Below are positions 52,386-64,000 of a DNA stretch of 64,000 nt, piece after piece. Both the position numbers and the translations under genes were made by a program. Origin of the DNA: Eledone cirrhosa (Eukaryota); contig OZ024742.1 in NCBI GenBank assembly GCA_964016885.1, forward strand, positions 57,226,001 through 57,290,000, given 5' to 3'. The notes under the pieces were generated by a model. The model was not told the origin of the DNA and made no database searches. It was given only the letters and a program-made list of their open reading frames with translations. The number at the start of each line of letters is the position of its first letter. Positions within the stretch are counted from its first letter, which is position 1.

Positions 52386-52440
52386 ACTGCTATATATATT
52401 TCAGTGACAGCCATCTTTGGCTGTGACCTCTTCAGGCAGT
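52386..52440 (-). ncRNA. Type I hammerhead (F11)
   Basis: ACTGC-CTGAAGA-g-GTcACAGCCA-aaga-TGGCTGTcAC-t-GAAA-TATAT-ATA^-GCAGT. Confidence 0.85.
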
Positions 52441-52716
52441 CCGAATTAGTGTGGTATAGACAAGTACATATGTTGTTGAGGTGTATAATTTTGTCAATAC
52501 TCTGATATGCCCAGTTCCTGGTTGGGTTGTTATTTCACTGAGGAACTGGAATCATATATATAGCAGTAATAAACGAAGCTAAATTTTAAACATTTGATTT
52601 TTTATTTAACTTTATTTTACATTACTCCGGAGTAACCAAACCAACCTGCGCACTTCGTCGAGTGCTCCAGCCTGTATACTGAGGTGTTGGTATACAACCA
52701 ACATATACTCAAAATA

Positions 52717-52814
<98 letters not shown>

Positions 52815-54238
52815 GATATCTTACCCGATTTTCTAAAGAAATTATTCCTAACCATTGATTGTTATTACAGCTATTTTCTGCATTTCGATTCCCACATTTC
52901 AAATTTAAACTTATATATTTATTCTTTGATGTTGGTTCTCTCGAATATAGAATCTACACACCTTAATTAAGAGAAGCGAGAGAGAAAGTCAGATATTCAG
53001 ACTAGGAATCAACAACTAATCGATAATTGGTGGGAAATTAATTACCTACAAATTCCCTAAGCCAATCCTACCAACGTAATCTTATTCATGTAAATTCATA
53101 AGAATAAAACAGAAAAAAAAATCGTATAAAATTTAGATAATTATTTCCTAGAAGTGTGTTATTTAAACCTATAGCAAATACACCTACTTAACCTACCTTC
53201 TACTTGTTTGAACCTATTGCTAATAAACCTCCTCAACATTCCATCTACTAGTTAATGGGAGTGTATATGAAGGTGTATATGAAATTTTTTATTATAAATA
53301 AACAGATCCCATATGCTTTCATATATACCCCTATTATGAACCACGCTATGTTATTGCTACTGCTAATTAATACCTCTGCTAGTTGTATTTAACGAACATA
53401 CGAATGCAACTCACGTTGCAGTGTCATCAATGACATCCTCTCTGTTGAGTTATCAAGCAAACGTTCAACCGTTTCTTTCAAATTGGCCAGGCTTTTTTAT
53501 ATCTTTGTAATGATTTCATTTGTATGACAGTGACTCATGCAAATGCCTCGTATTCTCATCAGATAAATGTATTACTCTGAAACCATGGCGAGAGCGAGAG
53601 CGATGAGCGAGAAAAGCCATTCCACCTCGCGGGGTTTATTCTTACAAACGTGTCAATCACTTCTAAGGTGGTTCGCTTTCAATCAATGTGCCAGACATTA
53701 TGTATACCCTTCCCTTTTCACAAAAGTTGCATTCTCTGAAACTCTCTATCTAACCATGAGTTTTATAATGCAGGAACCCATATAGAACAGCAACCGTGTC
53801 AAAGACCTCAAAATAATACTTATCTTCAAGTAGAAACGTACCTAAATCAGCTTTGTAATTTAGTTAGCTTCTTCAAAACATCAAATAAAGAACAATATTT
53901 CCCAAATATAACTAAAATAGTAACCTATACATCATGTTATACCGGCACAGATGTGAAGTACACACTCGGAATTTATGCTGGAAAAAAATTCGAATAACAT
54001 AAAATATCAATAATAATATAGTCGTATCAACAACAGATTTCTGTCTAACTGAAAGAGGAGAAAAATATCAAATAATTAACTACATTTGAACTTCCATCCA
54101 ACTATTTCACTTTCATATTTTTTCTGTGTTTTGTTTCTTGCTATTTTCCGGAACAATATAGCATAACGAGGAATTCTGAGTTTCTTTTGACGAATAGAAT
54201 TTCATGTGAACATAACAAAGACATTCTATATATTTTAG

Positions 54239-54410
54239 CCTATTGTATCCTGTGTTGGGAACTTGGCTTTGGCTTCTATCTAGGCGACCGGATATTTTTC
54301 TTTGGCTGGCTGTAATGCGAACGACTACCAGCAAGAAGCCATTGATCAGAGGTCTAAGAGACAAGCAATTGTTAGTAACAAATATGTATAATTGTAACCG
54401 AAAGCGGTAA
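54239..54410 (+). CDS. Candidate terminal coding exon of a lipocalin/apolipoprotein D-like gene
   Basis: TATTTTAG acceptor, then open frame LLYPVLGTWLWLLSRRPD...GLRDKQLLVTNMYNCNRKR-stop. It resembles the lipocalin SCR3 motif (W-I/L-L-S-R-x-P) and the ApoD-type C-terminal T-x-x-x-N-C. No upstream exons were identified. Confidence 0.35.
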
Positions 54411-55029
54411 GAATCTTCTATATTCACTAATAGCACTGACCTTTCAAATAGACCCTATTTTGTAACAATCATCAAAATAGTTAAATTAAGATATTTGTTC
54501 AATATTCTTCCGTTTTTCGATATATTTAAATTTTCATATTATTATTCTTGCATAAAATTTACTAAATAATTTATGTACAACATATTTCCTACATTTAAAT
54601 CCTTGAAACTTTCTATATATGTCTTAATATATTTCTCGGATTCATAGAAAATATTGACATCCTGGAAAATTGTTTATTCATATTTTTTGATAAATAAGAG
54701 TATGGAGATAGAGGCAAGGCCCATATGATATGTTACGAGTCCTAAATACTAGAGTCTAATGCAGACGAGAATATCTTTTGTATGAAATTAAGTTGTTTAT
54801 TTTTGTTTTTGTTCTTGTATTTTGTTTTTACCTTTAGTTAACTTACTTTTATGGTATATATTGTATTTATGGACTCGTAATTCCTGGTGGAGTTGTAAGG
54901 GTGCAATCGTGACGTGCCGCGTGTCTTGGGCACTTTAAACACAGCCTTTTTCTTCAAGAAAAAGAAAGAGTGGGTGAAAGAGAAAGTATGTGTGAGAGAG
55001 AGAGGGGGAAGGAACAAAAGGTTATAGAA

Positions 55030-55195
55030 GATGAATCGATCCAAGTACTGAGCTGGTACTTCTTTCATCGACTTCGAAAGGACGAAAGGCAGAGTTGACC
55101 TTGACGAGATTTGAACTCAGAATGCGCAGATAGCTGGAAATATTACTGCAAAACATTCTATTCGACGTTCTGACGATTCTTCCAATTCGTTGCCC
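55030..55195 (-). mobile_element. tRNA-derived SINE
   Basis: GAAAGGCAGAGTTGACCTTGACGAGATTTGAACTCAG. Confidence 0.75.
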
Positions 55196-55744
55196 TGTCA
55201 TTATACACACGTCAACAAATAATTCGGTTATATCAATATAACGTCCATATCAATTAGGAATTCTCTCTTTCTTTGCAATCCATGTTACACCAACATTTCA
55301 GGGAGCATTCTTATCACTCATATCACACATCGTAACTAGGGTTCTTAATTCAGGATCGACAATCATTGAAATGAAAAAAAAAAGGAAATTTATAGCTTAC
55401 ACCTATACAGTTTTAGTTGGCTCCCTATGAGAATATATTATCATAACAGGTTTCGTGAGAGTTTTAATAGCAGGGGTCCCAGTCCTGTCATAAAAAAAAC
55501 AATACAAAAATGATGTTGCTCAAAAACACAACGCGCCGCCTGGTCTAAAAATTAAACTTATGATTGTGTGTACTGTACCCTAACCATTAAAAATGCATAC
55601 ATTTGATGGCCATTGGATATTAATGTTAATATATATTATCCATACTCAAAATGATATATATTATTTATGTTAATTCAATTTAGAAGTTACTTCACTCTCC
55701 GATGGGAACCTTAGTATTTCTTCTTGCTCAGTGTTCTTCCCGTC

Positions 55745-55870
55745 GAATCCCTAATGTCATCAATTCCTTATGGTCACGACTATCATTTCCTCCAGGACGG
55801 ACTCGTTTGTTTTGTGGTCCATCCAGCTGATGCGTAGAGCCGGCCTTTAACATGTTGTCTCAAACGACAT
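55745..55870 (-). mobile_element. Short degenerate RTE-like fragment
   Basis: Translates as FETTC*RPALRISWMDHKTNESVLE. Confidence 0.5.
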
Positions 55871-56630
55871 TAATATTTAGCAAGATAGATTTGTATAGCG
55901 GCACAGCAAATCACTTCTGAATTTATATCTGTAAGTTTTAGAATGAATAGATGTCTGAAACTAAAACATTCCACGTCGTAATTCGCTACCTCCGCACCCC
56001 AATGAATAATATAGGATCTACACCATGAACAACAGAGATTAAACAAGATTGTCGTTTTCATGTTGTCTCAGGCAACTTTAGTCAAGTTGATTCTTCCGAG
56101 TGGGTTTTGTTGCCGTTTCCCAATAATAGTCTTTAATGTTTTTTCGTGTCTGAAAATAAATAAATTTATGGAAACAATCTAGTCTAACGACCTGCCAAAA
56201 TGGTGAGTGTGTTATAAATAATTAAATAAAATACCTAAACTCTGTGTCATAACTATGTTGTCTTTGCAACAATCTTTTGACATCTATAGAGAAACATCCT
56301 CATATATGTACGATACTTCAGGCATATAGCTCATTTAGTATTGTGTTCATATGTGCAAAGATTTTCACCAAACACAAACAGAAAGATACGTCGAGCCAAC
56401 GAAGGAGTCGGTAAGCGGTCAATCAGCATGCCAATATTGCGGCAAAATCTATTTTTAGAATTCTACACTAGTCTAAACATGAATTAATATACCAGATAAA
56501 ATAATCTTGAATATAATATACCAGAAACGACGTTAAGGCTTGAATAATGGTCAAATTACGTAGATTTGTCACAAAGAAATATTCTATCCGAGGGCAAATG
56601 CAACTAGAATACATTGGAAGCAAACTCTAT

Positions 56631-56995
56631 CTAGGGCGGGTAAAATTCCCGAGATCCATGGACGAGTTCTCTCCAGTGGTCTCTGTCCCTCATCATCGAT
56701 GCCATGCCCTGCGTCTCCAAGAGACCGGTGTCTGTCCTTAGGGCATCAACATATGTCAACCTCGGTCTCCCTCTTCCAGTGTGTCCGTGAAGGGACTCCC
56801 ACAGAAGCACTGAGTGCAGTGTCAACTCTGAATGTCGGTGAGCATGTCCAGCTAACCTCAGTCTCCTCTGTGCTACTTTCGAGCTAATTTTTGGGAGGCT
56901 CCCGTACAGCTCTGAGTTCTTCACCCTCAGTGTATACTGATTAATGTTCAGAGCGATCCTCAGCATTCTCGTGTAGCACCCATCCATCCTCTGAG
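56631..56995 (-). mobile_element. RTE-clade LINE 3' fragment
   Basis: MDGCYTRMLRIAL...RRLRLAGHAHRH...LLWE...GRGRPRLTYVD. Same family as 49858-50087. Confidence 0.85.
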
Positions 56996-58554
56996 TAATT
57001 GTAAATACTTTTTTAAATAAGCAAATAAATCCAATCAGACAACATCATTAACAATATTGTTACAATACTATTACATTACCATTACATTTGTAGTTCTTTA
57101 GGTTTGAGTCTATATACGACTTTCAGTGATTCACCGAACCTCTTTTAATCATGTTTGTCAACATAATGCTGGGTTTCTTTTATCTTTAACAAGTTTTCTT
57201 ACGAGAGTTTTCAATCCTTCTGAAGGACAAGACGGGGATATGAGGAGGACAAAGCCATTACTATTTCATCAATTGTCGCTATTATTCCTACACAGCAGAC
57301 TTCCACTTCTTCTCAGACTTGGAAATATTTTTACCATTCTCATGTTGAACTCACCCTGGGTGACCAACTGGTTATTGCTGGTGACATTCTCCACCAGAGC
57401 TGAATTGAGGCTACACAACAAAAACAACAGCAACAACAAAAGTGGATTGATTTATGCATAGATATCATGTCTTCATTTCAGTTCTATACCTGCAAACTCT
57501 CTTTCAATTAGAAGCAGGTAAACACGCACTAATGTATAAACACAAAACATACAATCTCATATAGAATTTCAAAAAGTCACTTTGTCAATTTGTCAATTTG
57601 TACCATAATTCATATTTCTTTTTATCAACTATGTACTGATATAGATACCATGGTTACATGCAACTGCTTCTCATCCTGACACCTTACATCATATAAAGTA
57701 AGAAGTTATAATTCATTGTGACAATATTCGTATAGAAAAGTTCCTCCCTTTGATAAGTATATACTGGTGAATGAGAGGAAGTTTCTTGTCATACAAAATA
57801 TGACATTCTTGATAAATCGCATGCTGCAACAGATTATATTTCATTTTTTAATCAGCTCTAACCAGAAAGAATGTCAAAACCTATATGGCAAACCATTTCT
57901 TCTTGCTAATCAACAAACCCTTCCAAACAAGTCATAAATTTCACTCGCTGTTCAAAACGAAAAATGTCAAAATAAATTGTTGTTGCTTACCTCATATGAT
58001 GAAACTTCCAAATAAAAAAAATTAAATTATGCAGATGTATTACAAGTTTATGCAACTACTCAGAGGAACCAATGTAGTTGTAAATAACCAGAATATTGTT
58101 CCACTAGAACATATGTGTGGCCTAAAAAGAAATTTGATTAATTGCGCAATACATTTCAGAAAATATGAGACTTACCGAAAAAATATTCAAGAACAAATTG
58201 TTCCAATACATCAACATATTTGAAACCTGTTAAAAAGTAAATAGTGGATAAATTAGAAATAATATAGCATCTTGGTAATTTGATTAATATTAGCTATTCG
58301 GTAAAAAAAATGGTAAAGAACCTGATGGATTCTTAAGGGCACCGTTCTGACACTCAGTGTGTCTTGGCATTTTGAAACCTAATGGAGCCCATCCCTCTTC
58401 AAGTAGGAATACAGCCGAGTTCTTCCAGAAAGAGAAAGAAAACGGAATACATATCGTTATTGTTCTGGTTCCCAATGGTCCGAGTTAAATTCCCTCTCCA
58501 GATAGGAATACAGCCGATTTCTTCATGAGAGAGACAGAAAGAGAAAGAAATACG

Positions 58555-58665
58555 GTCGTTAGAGCGTCGGGTTAAAAAAGAACTTTGTCCTGATTCACAA
58601 TGATCTGAGTTTAATTACAGCTGAGGTCAAATTTGCCTTCCATGCTTTCGGGGTTAATAAATTAG
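58555..58665 (+). mobile_element. Degenerate SINE
   Basis: GAGGTCAAATTTGCCTTCCATGCTTTCGGGGTT. Confidence 0.55.
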
Positions 58666-59010
58666 ACATTAGACATGCTATATCAATAATTGAACGTCTG
58701 TTCTATAAGCTTCGGTGTAATACAAATATTACTTTTACGAAGGAAATCTAGCAAACAGTACCGTATGGCGAACCTAACCTAAAGTAAATATCGAATGCAA
58801 TATCCCTTATGGTGGCATCTCCAGAAATTACACCTAACAATTTCGTGCAATATTGATGTAACGTGATCCAAATTCTGCTGTTACAGTAAAATAATGGATA
58901 CTAATTTAGGTACAAGGTCAGCTGTTTAGGGATAGAGGAAATTCGATTATATTTTCCCCAGTACTGGACAGGTACTTTATTTTATCGAATCTGGAGAGTG
59001 GACTCAGAAC

Positions 59011-59085
<75 letters not shown>

Positions 59086-59119
59086 TGTATGTATGTATGT
59101 ATATATATATGTATGTGTG

Positions 59120-59153
<34 letters not shown>

Positions 59154-59245
59154 AGTGTGTGTGTGTATATATATATAACTTTGATAACTTGTATTGGCCC
59201 AGGCCATGTCTAACTTAATAGCACCACCTGGCGAAATCTTTCAAA

Positions 59246-59705
59246 TCAGGGTTTGGGAACCATGGACCACTCAAGCAGAGAGTTATTGTTTACGGAGGCA
59301 TATCCGGGTGTAGGAGGCTTATCCGGGATTTCTTGAAGGAATTTGTCCAAAGACTTCTGGAACTTGATGGGGTCTGTTTCTGTTTTAATGTGTTTTGGTG
59401 TAATGTTAAAGAGAGCGGGGCTAATTGAGGTGAAATAATTGTGCCGTATTGTTGTTATGAGATGCGAGTGAGATTTTTGTCGTTGGCAGATAGCACGGGG
59501 CCCAAGCCTTGGATGTATATTAAAGGTAATGCTAACATCATTTGGGCAAAGCTGATGGAATATTTTCCACATCATGCAAATAATGTAGCGCTTACGGCGA
59601 CGTTGGAGAGAATAAAGGTTGAGCTTTTCTAATCGACTCCAATAGTCAAGCCCTGTGAAGCCATCTATCTTTTTTGTAATCGATCTTTGGGGTGCTTCAA
59701 CTTTC
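59246..59705 (-). mobile_element. CR1/L2-group LINE 3' fragment
   Basis: KVEAPQRSITKKIDGFTGLDYWSRLEKLNLYSLQRRR, a typical CR1-group post-RT motif. Confidence 0.8.
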
Positions 59706-59805
59706 ATGATACTTTTTCGTGTGGGGAGACCCCAGCGGATAACATTATTCAAGGTGGGGTCGGGAAAAAGTGGAGAAGAGAAATATAACAGTGTGGATAT
59801 CTCTC

Positions 59806-59905
<100 letters not shown>

Positions 59906-59974
59906 AGAAATAAATTAATTAATTAAATAAAAATGGCGTAAACTTTACAATACAATAGGAGGAAACATAATAGT

Positions 59975-60016
59975 ACCACTGATGATGTCGCAGGTGTGTG
60001 ACGAAAGAACTTTGAT
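59975..60016 (+). ncRNA. Hammerhead (F3), slightly degenerate
   Basis: ACCA-CTGATGA-t-GTCGC-aggtgt-GTGAC-GAAA-GAA-CTT^-TGAT. Confidence 0.6.
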
Positions 60017-60241
60017 AGACTATATATAATATATATTTATATCTGTATTTTTAACCGTTGATCAATCACGAAAACCAACCCAAACCAAACAGTGAGTGTG
60101 ATGTGTTATTATTTCTGGGAATATTATAACAATATGACCCTCCCTCATAAATTACAGGGACTAACGCGAGTTTATGACTCCGTTAATTTATTTTGATATA
60201 TTTGTATTTATATATATATATATATGTATGTATGTATATAA

Positions 60242-60813
<572 letters not shown>

Positions 60814-60937
60814 AAAGGGCATGGTTATGTGCGTTCGTACGGTTTTCCTTCCTGTTGGTTACTCTTGAAATATATATAATAAAATAAATATGGTTTTATA
60901 AATATAGTTTCCATTTATTTATATATATATGTATGTA

Positions 60938-61155
60938 TCGTCAGTCGATCGACTTTCGCCAAATCGGAGCGAGGAAACAATGTTTCCAAGGGTCTTTCCA
61001 ATTGCTAATACTATACATCGGTCGCAACTCCAGGTAGAAGTAGCAACGTGAAATAAAGTGTCCTGCTCAAGGACATAACGCATCAACCGGTCCGGAAATC
61101 GAACTCACAACCACGCGATTGCAAATCCAATTCTCTAACCACTCAGCCACACGCC
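60938..61155 (-). mobile_element. tRNA-derived SINE with V/Meta-like domain, copy 2
   Basis: Minus strand GTGGCTGAGTGGTTAG (A box) and GAGTTCGATTTCC (B box). Confidence 0.75.
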
Positions 61156-61210
61156 TTGAAATACGTTGTGTGTGTGTGTGTGATGGGGGGGGGGATATAT
61201 ATATATATAT

Positions 61211-61400
61211 ATTAGAATTGGCGCTCTGAAATAGCTATATATATATGAATGTATATATAGTGGATTTTGCAATACACTGTATGCTTAATTAAAAGCATTT
61301 CGAAGACCTTATGCTATTGTTTTAGAGTAGTGACAGTCTCACTTACTTTAAATTTTCAGCAAACAGGGGAGATAAAGCTGACAGAGCTATGTTTCGTACT
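61211..61400 (-). mobile_element. Truncated F2 copy that breaks inside hammerhead loop II
   Basis: Matches 49163-49337. Confidence 0.85.
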
Positions 61401-61667
61401 GTTTGTTGTTTTGATATTCAAAACAACAAACAGCGGAGGACGCGTTTCGCACCTGTCCGACAGACAACCTTTCCCCCACCCGGAAAAACCCCCAGTTGAT
61501 GGATGTGAATCCGAAATATATAGGGACTGCATAGAACCACAAAGGTACTAAGACATAACATATATATTTGCTAGCATGAGTATACATCTGTATACATATC
61601 TTGGTAGATATACTAATTCTATATATACATATATATATATATATTGTGTATATATATATAATATTAT

Positions 61668-61713
<46 letters not shown>

Positions 61714-61731
61714 GTATATATATACAATATT

Positions 61732-61781
<50 letters not shown>

Positions 61782-61804
61782 AATATTGTATATTATATAT
61801 ATAC

Positions 61805-61867
<63 letters not shown>

Positions 61868-61914
61868 TGTATATATATATAATATTATTGTGTATATATA
61901 TCTATATACATATA

Positions 61915-62417
61915 TACAATGATATTAAATAAATGGAAACTATATTTATAAAACCATATTTATTTTATTATATATATTTCAAGGGTAACCAAGACAACAT
62001 TGGTACGCTTTCATCAGATAAAATACAAAATTTGTTTTATAAATAGAGACATACCCATGAAAATCATACCTTATCGGTTGAAAATTCACTGGATAGTGGA
62101 AATATATTAGGGCTTATTCAAACTTATGTGTGAATATGCAAATGAATATGTAAATAATTGAAAAACAACCGTTTAATTAAATGACACTGGAGAAAGAGGG
62201 AGAGAAAAAATATAAGGGGATAAAGATATAAAATATTACGAGAGAGATAGAGAGAAGAAATAGACAAGAGAAGATAAATATAACGTTAATTTGGGGGAAA
62301 TATATTCTAAGTATAAATCTAATATTATGTGTATTTACGATTATTATTTGTTTAAAATTCGTTTCTAATATAATATTTTCTGTTATAAGTAGATAGATAA
62401 ATAAATAAACATATATA

Positions 62418-62448
<31 letters not shown>

Positions 62449-64000
62449 ATAGATAAATAGATAAATAAATGAATAGATGGGTATATCGTGTTATAGATAA
62501 TTGTTTTAATGAGATATGAGGGATATTGGTTTTCTATTTAATGTAAGTAAATATTAAGTTAAATTAAATTAAATTAACTGAGTTAATAAGAATATTTATA
62601 TTTATATATTTTAAAATGGGAAGATACGGAAAAACTCCAGTTTTGTTTATTTATTCGTTAGTATGAGACTATTTTGTCAAAATAAGTATAAATGTTGAAA
62701 GATATATTTAGCCAGAATTAGTTAGTGGTTATAAATCTAATATTTTTTAAAATATTAAAAATTTGAGAAAATTTTTTCTTTTAAATAATTTATAAGAGAT
62801 AAGTAATTTTTTTAAAATAAGTAATTTTTAAAAATGGATAAAAAATTAGAGAAATAAAAAATAAAGAATTAAAAATTATTAAGATTAAAATTACAATTAA
62901 AATTTAAATTTAAATTTTTAAAAAATTAGAATTATATATGTATATATTTTATGAAACTTTAAGAAGTGAAATTATAGCAAATGTTATAGATATGATTTAG
63001 AGAAATCAATATATTAAAACCAAGTGGATAAGATTGTTATGGAATTAAGTAGAAATATTATAAGTGTAATTATAATTTATATATAGTTCTATAGTTATAT
63101 ATTTATCTATAGTTCAGACGATGTCTACAAGAATTAAATAAATTCGTTCTTAGATTAATAGAGTTCTTACATTTAAGTATGAAAGAAAATTCCTCAACAC
63201 ACAATTTGCAGAATCTAGATAAAACTGTGTTTCGGTACGCGGGTGCTTTTACGAAATTATTTCCCAAGTTAATGAAAAGTCCATATTTTTGCATTTTCCA
63301 TAACAGGTTTGAAAGAGAAGTTGAAGATTTTTGATCAAATCTTCTGAAAGAGAATTTGTGATTATTCCAGCGACTTTTAAATTCTGTAGAAGTTGCACCT
63401 ACATAGTTAAATATATTATCACTGGTTTTGACTGTACATTTATAGACCACGTCCTTATCTAAACACTTATTTTGTAAAGGACAGTTTAATTTAATTCTAC
63501 AGTTACATTTTGCGGAGTTGTTGTTATTCAGAACGGTACTATTATGTTGGATATTGCTAGAGATATTACTGCTATTTTGGTTATTTTGGTTAGGGTTTAA
63601 ATTTCTATTATTGATTCTATTTATGTTTTGTGCTATGTTCATAGTAGTAGAGTAGGATAGGTTTATAGTACGTCTGTTAAAGATTGAGTGGTATCTGTTG
63701 CTTTAAAGAATAGCTTTGCTAAAGGTGTTTTAACTCTTAATGAGAATGGGGGTGAGTACCAAATAATATTTCTAGTTCTATTTCTTCTGTTAGTTTTAGA
63801 GTTTAAGTTAGATTTTTTATTATAATTATAATTAATAGTAGGGTTATTTGCCTTATTACTGCTGTCGATGTATTTAATCTTACTTATATAGCCTGCTCTA
63901 TTTAAAGCTTCATTATAATATTCTGCCTTATCTTCAAAAATGTTTTTATTAGCGGAGATGCGTGAAATACGTTGTTGGATAGAATTAACAATAGTGTTCT
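61915..64000 (-). mobile_element. Second Naiad-type Penelope-like element, 3' part (runs off the window)
   Basis: 63103-63642 CNCRIKLNCPLQNKC, VVYKC...YVGAT (GIY-YIG), CKLCVEE...CRHR. 63640-64000 encodes RISRIS...EYYNEAL..AGY. The AT-rich 3' UTR ends in a hammerhead and (TA)n. Confidence 0.88.
61962..62024 (-). ncRNA. Type I hammerhead (F10) in the Naiad pLTR
   Basis: ATTTTAT-CTGATGA-AAGcGTACCAA...TTGGTtACcCTT-GAAA-TATAT-ATA^-ATAAAAT. Confidence 0.85.

Noticed and set aside
57250-57410. Minus-strand QLVTQGEFNMRMV, similar to an AP-endonuclease GDFN motif
   Set aside because: Too short and degenerate to support a feature. Possibly an old LINE remnant.

Overview
AT-rich, microsatellite-dense animal genomic DNA, most likely a coleoid cephalopod such as Octopus (inferred from the tRNA-derived SINE family and repeat landscape). 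It is almost entirely retroelement-derived, with no confidently callable host gene. Main content: (1) three near full-length, frameshifted Tx1/L1-clade LINEs on the minus strand (4893-10716, 10820-16534, 41501-46765). All sit in (GATA)n/(TATC)n tracts at both ends, and in all three ORF2 is bracketed by a splice-donor-like ORF1 stop and an acceptor-like ORF2 stop. (2) Penelope-like elements: a near-complete Naiad-type RT+GIY-YIG element with pseudo-LTRs, a second Naiad 3' part at the window end, and a degenerate PLE. (3) About 27 type I hammerhead ribozyme motifs in roughly 12 sequence families, found by manual folding. Many lie in small (about 300-430 nt period) non-coding, partially tandem and partly inverted, (TA)n-embedded elements that resemble retrozymes or non-autonomous PLEs, including a compensatory U3-A8 core variant and a U4A variant. 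(4) RTE and CR1 fragments (one with a twin-priming inversion), SINEs, foldback MITEs and palindromes. (5) One possible lipocalin/ApoD-like terminal exon. Most ORFs in the supplied track are microsatellite or antisense artefacts. All structures were read by eye and coordinates may be off by a few bases.
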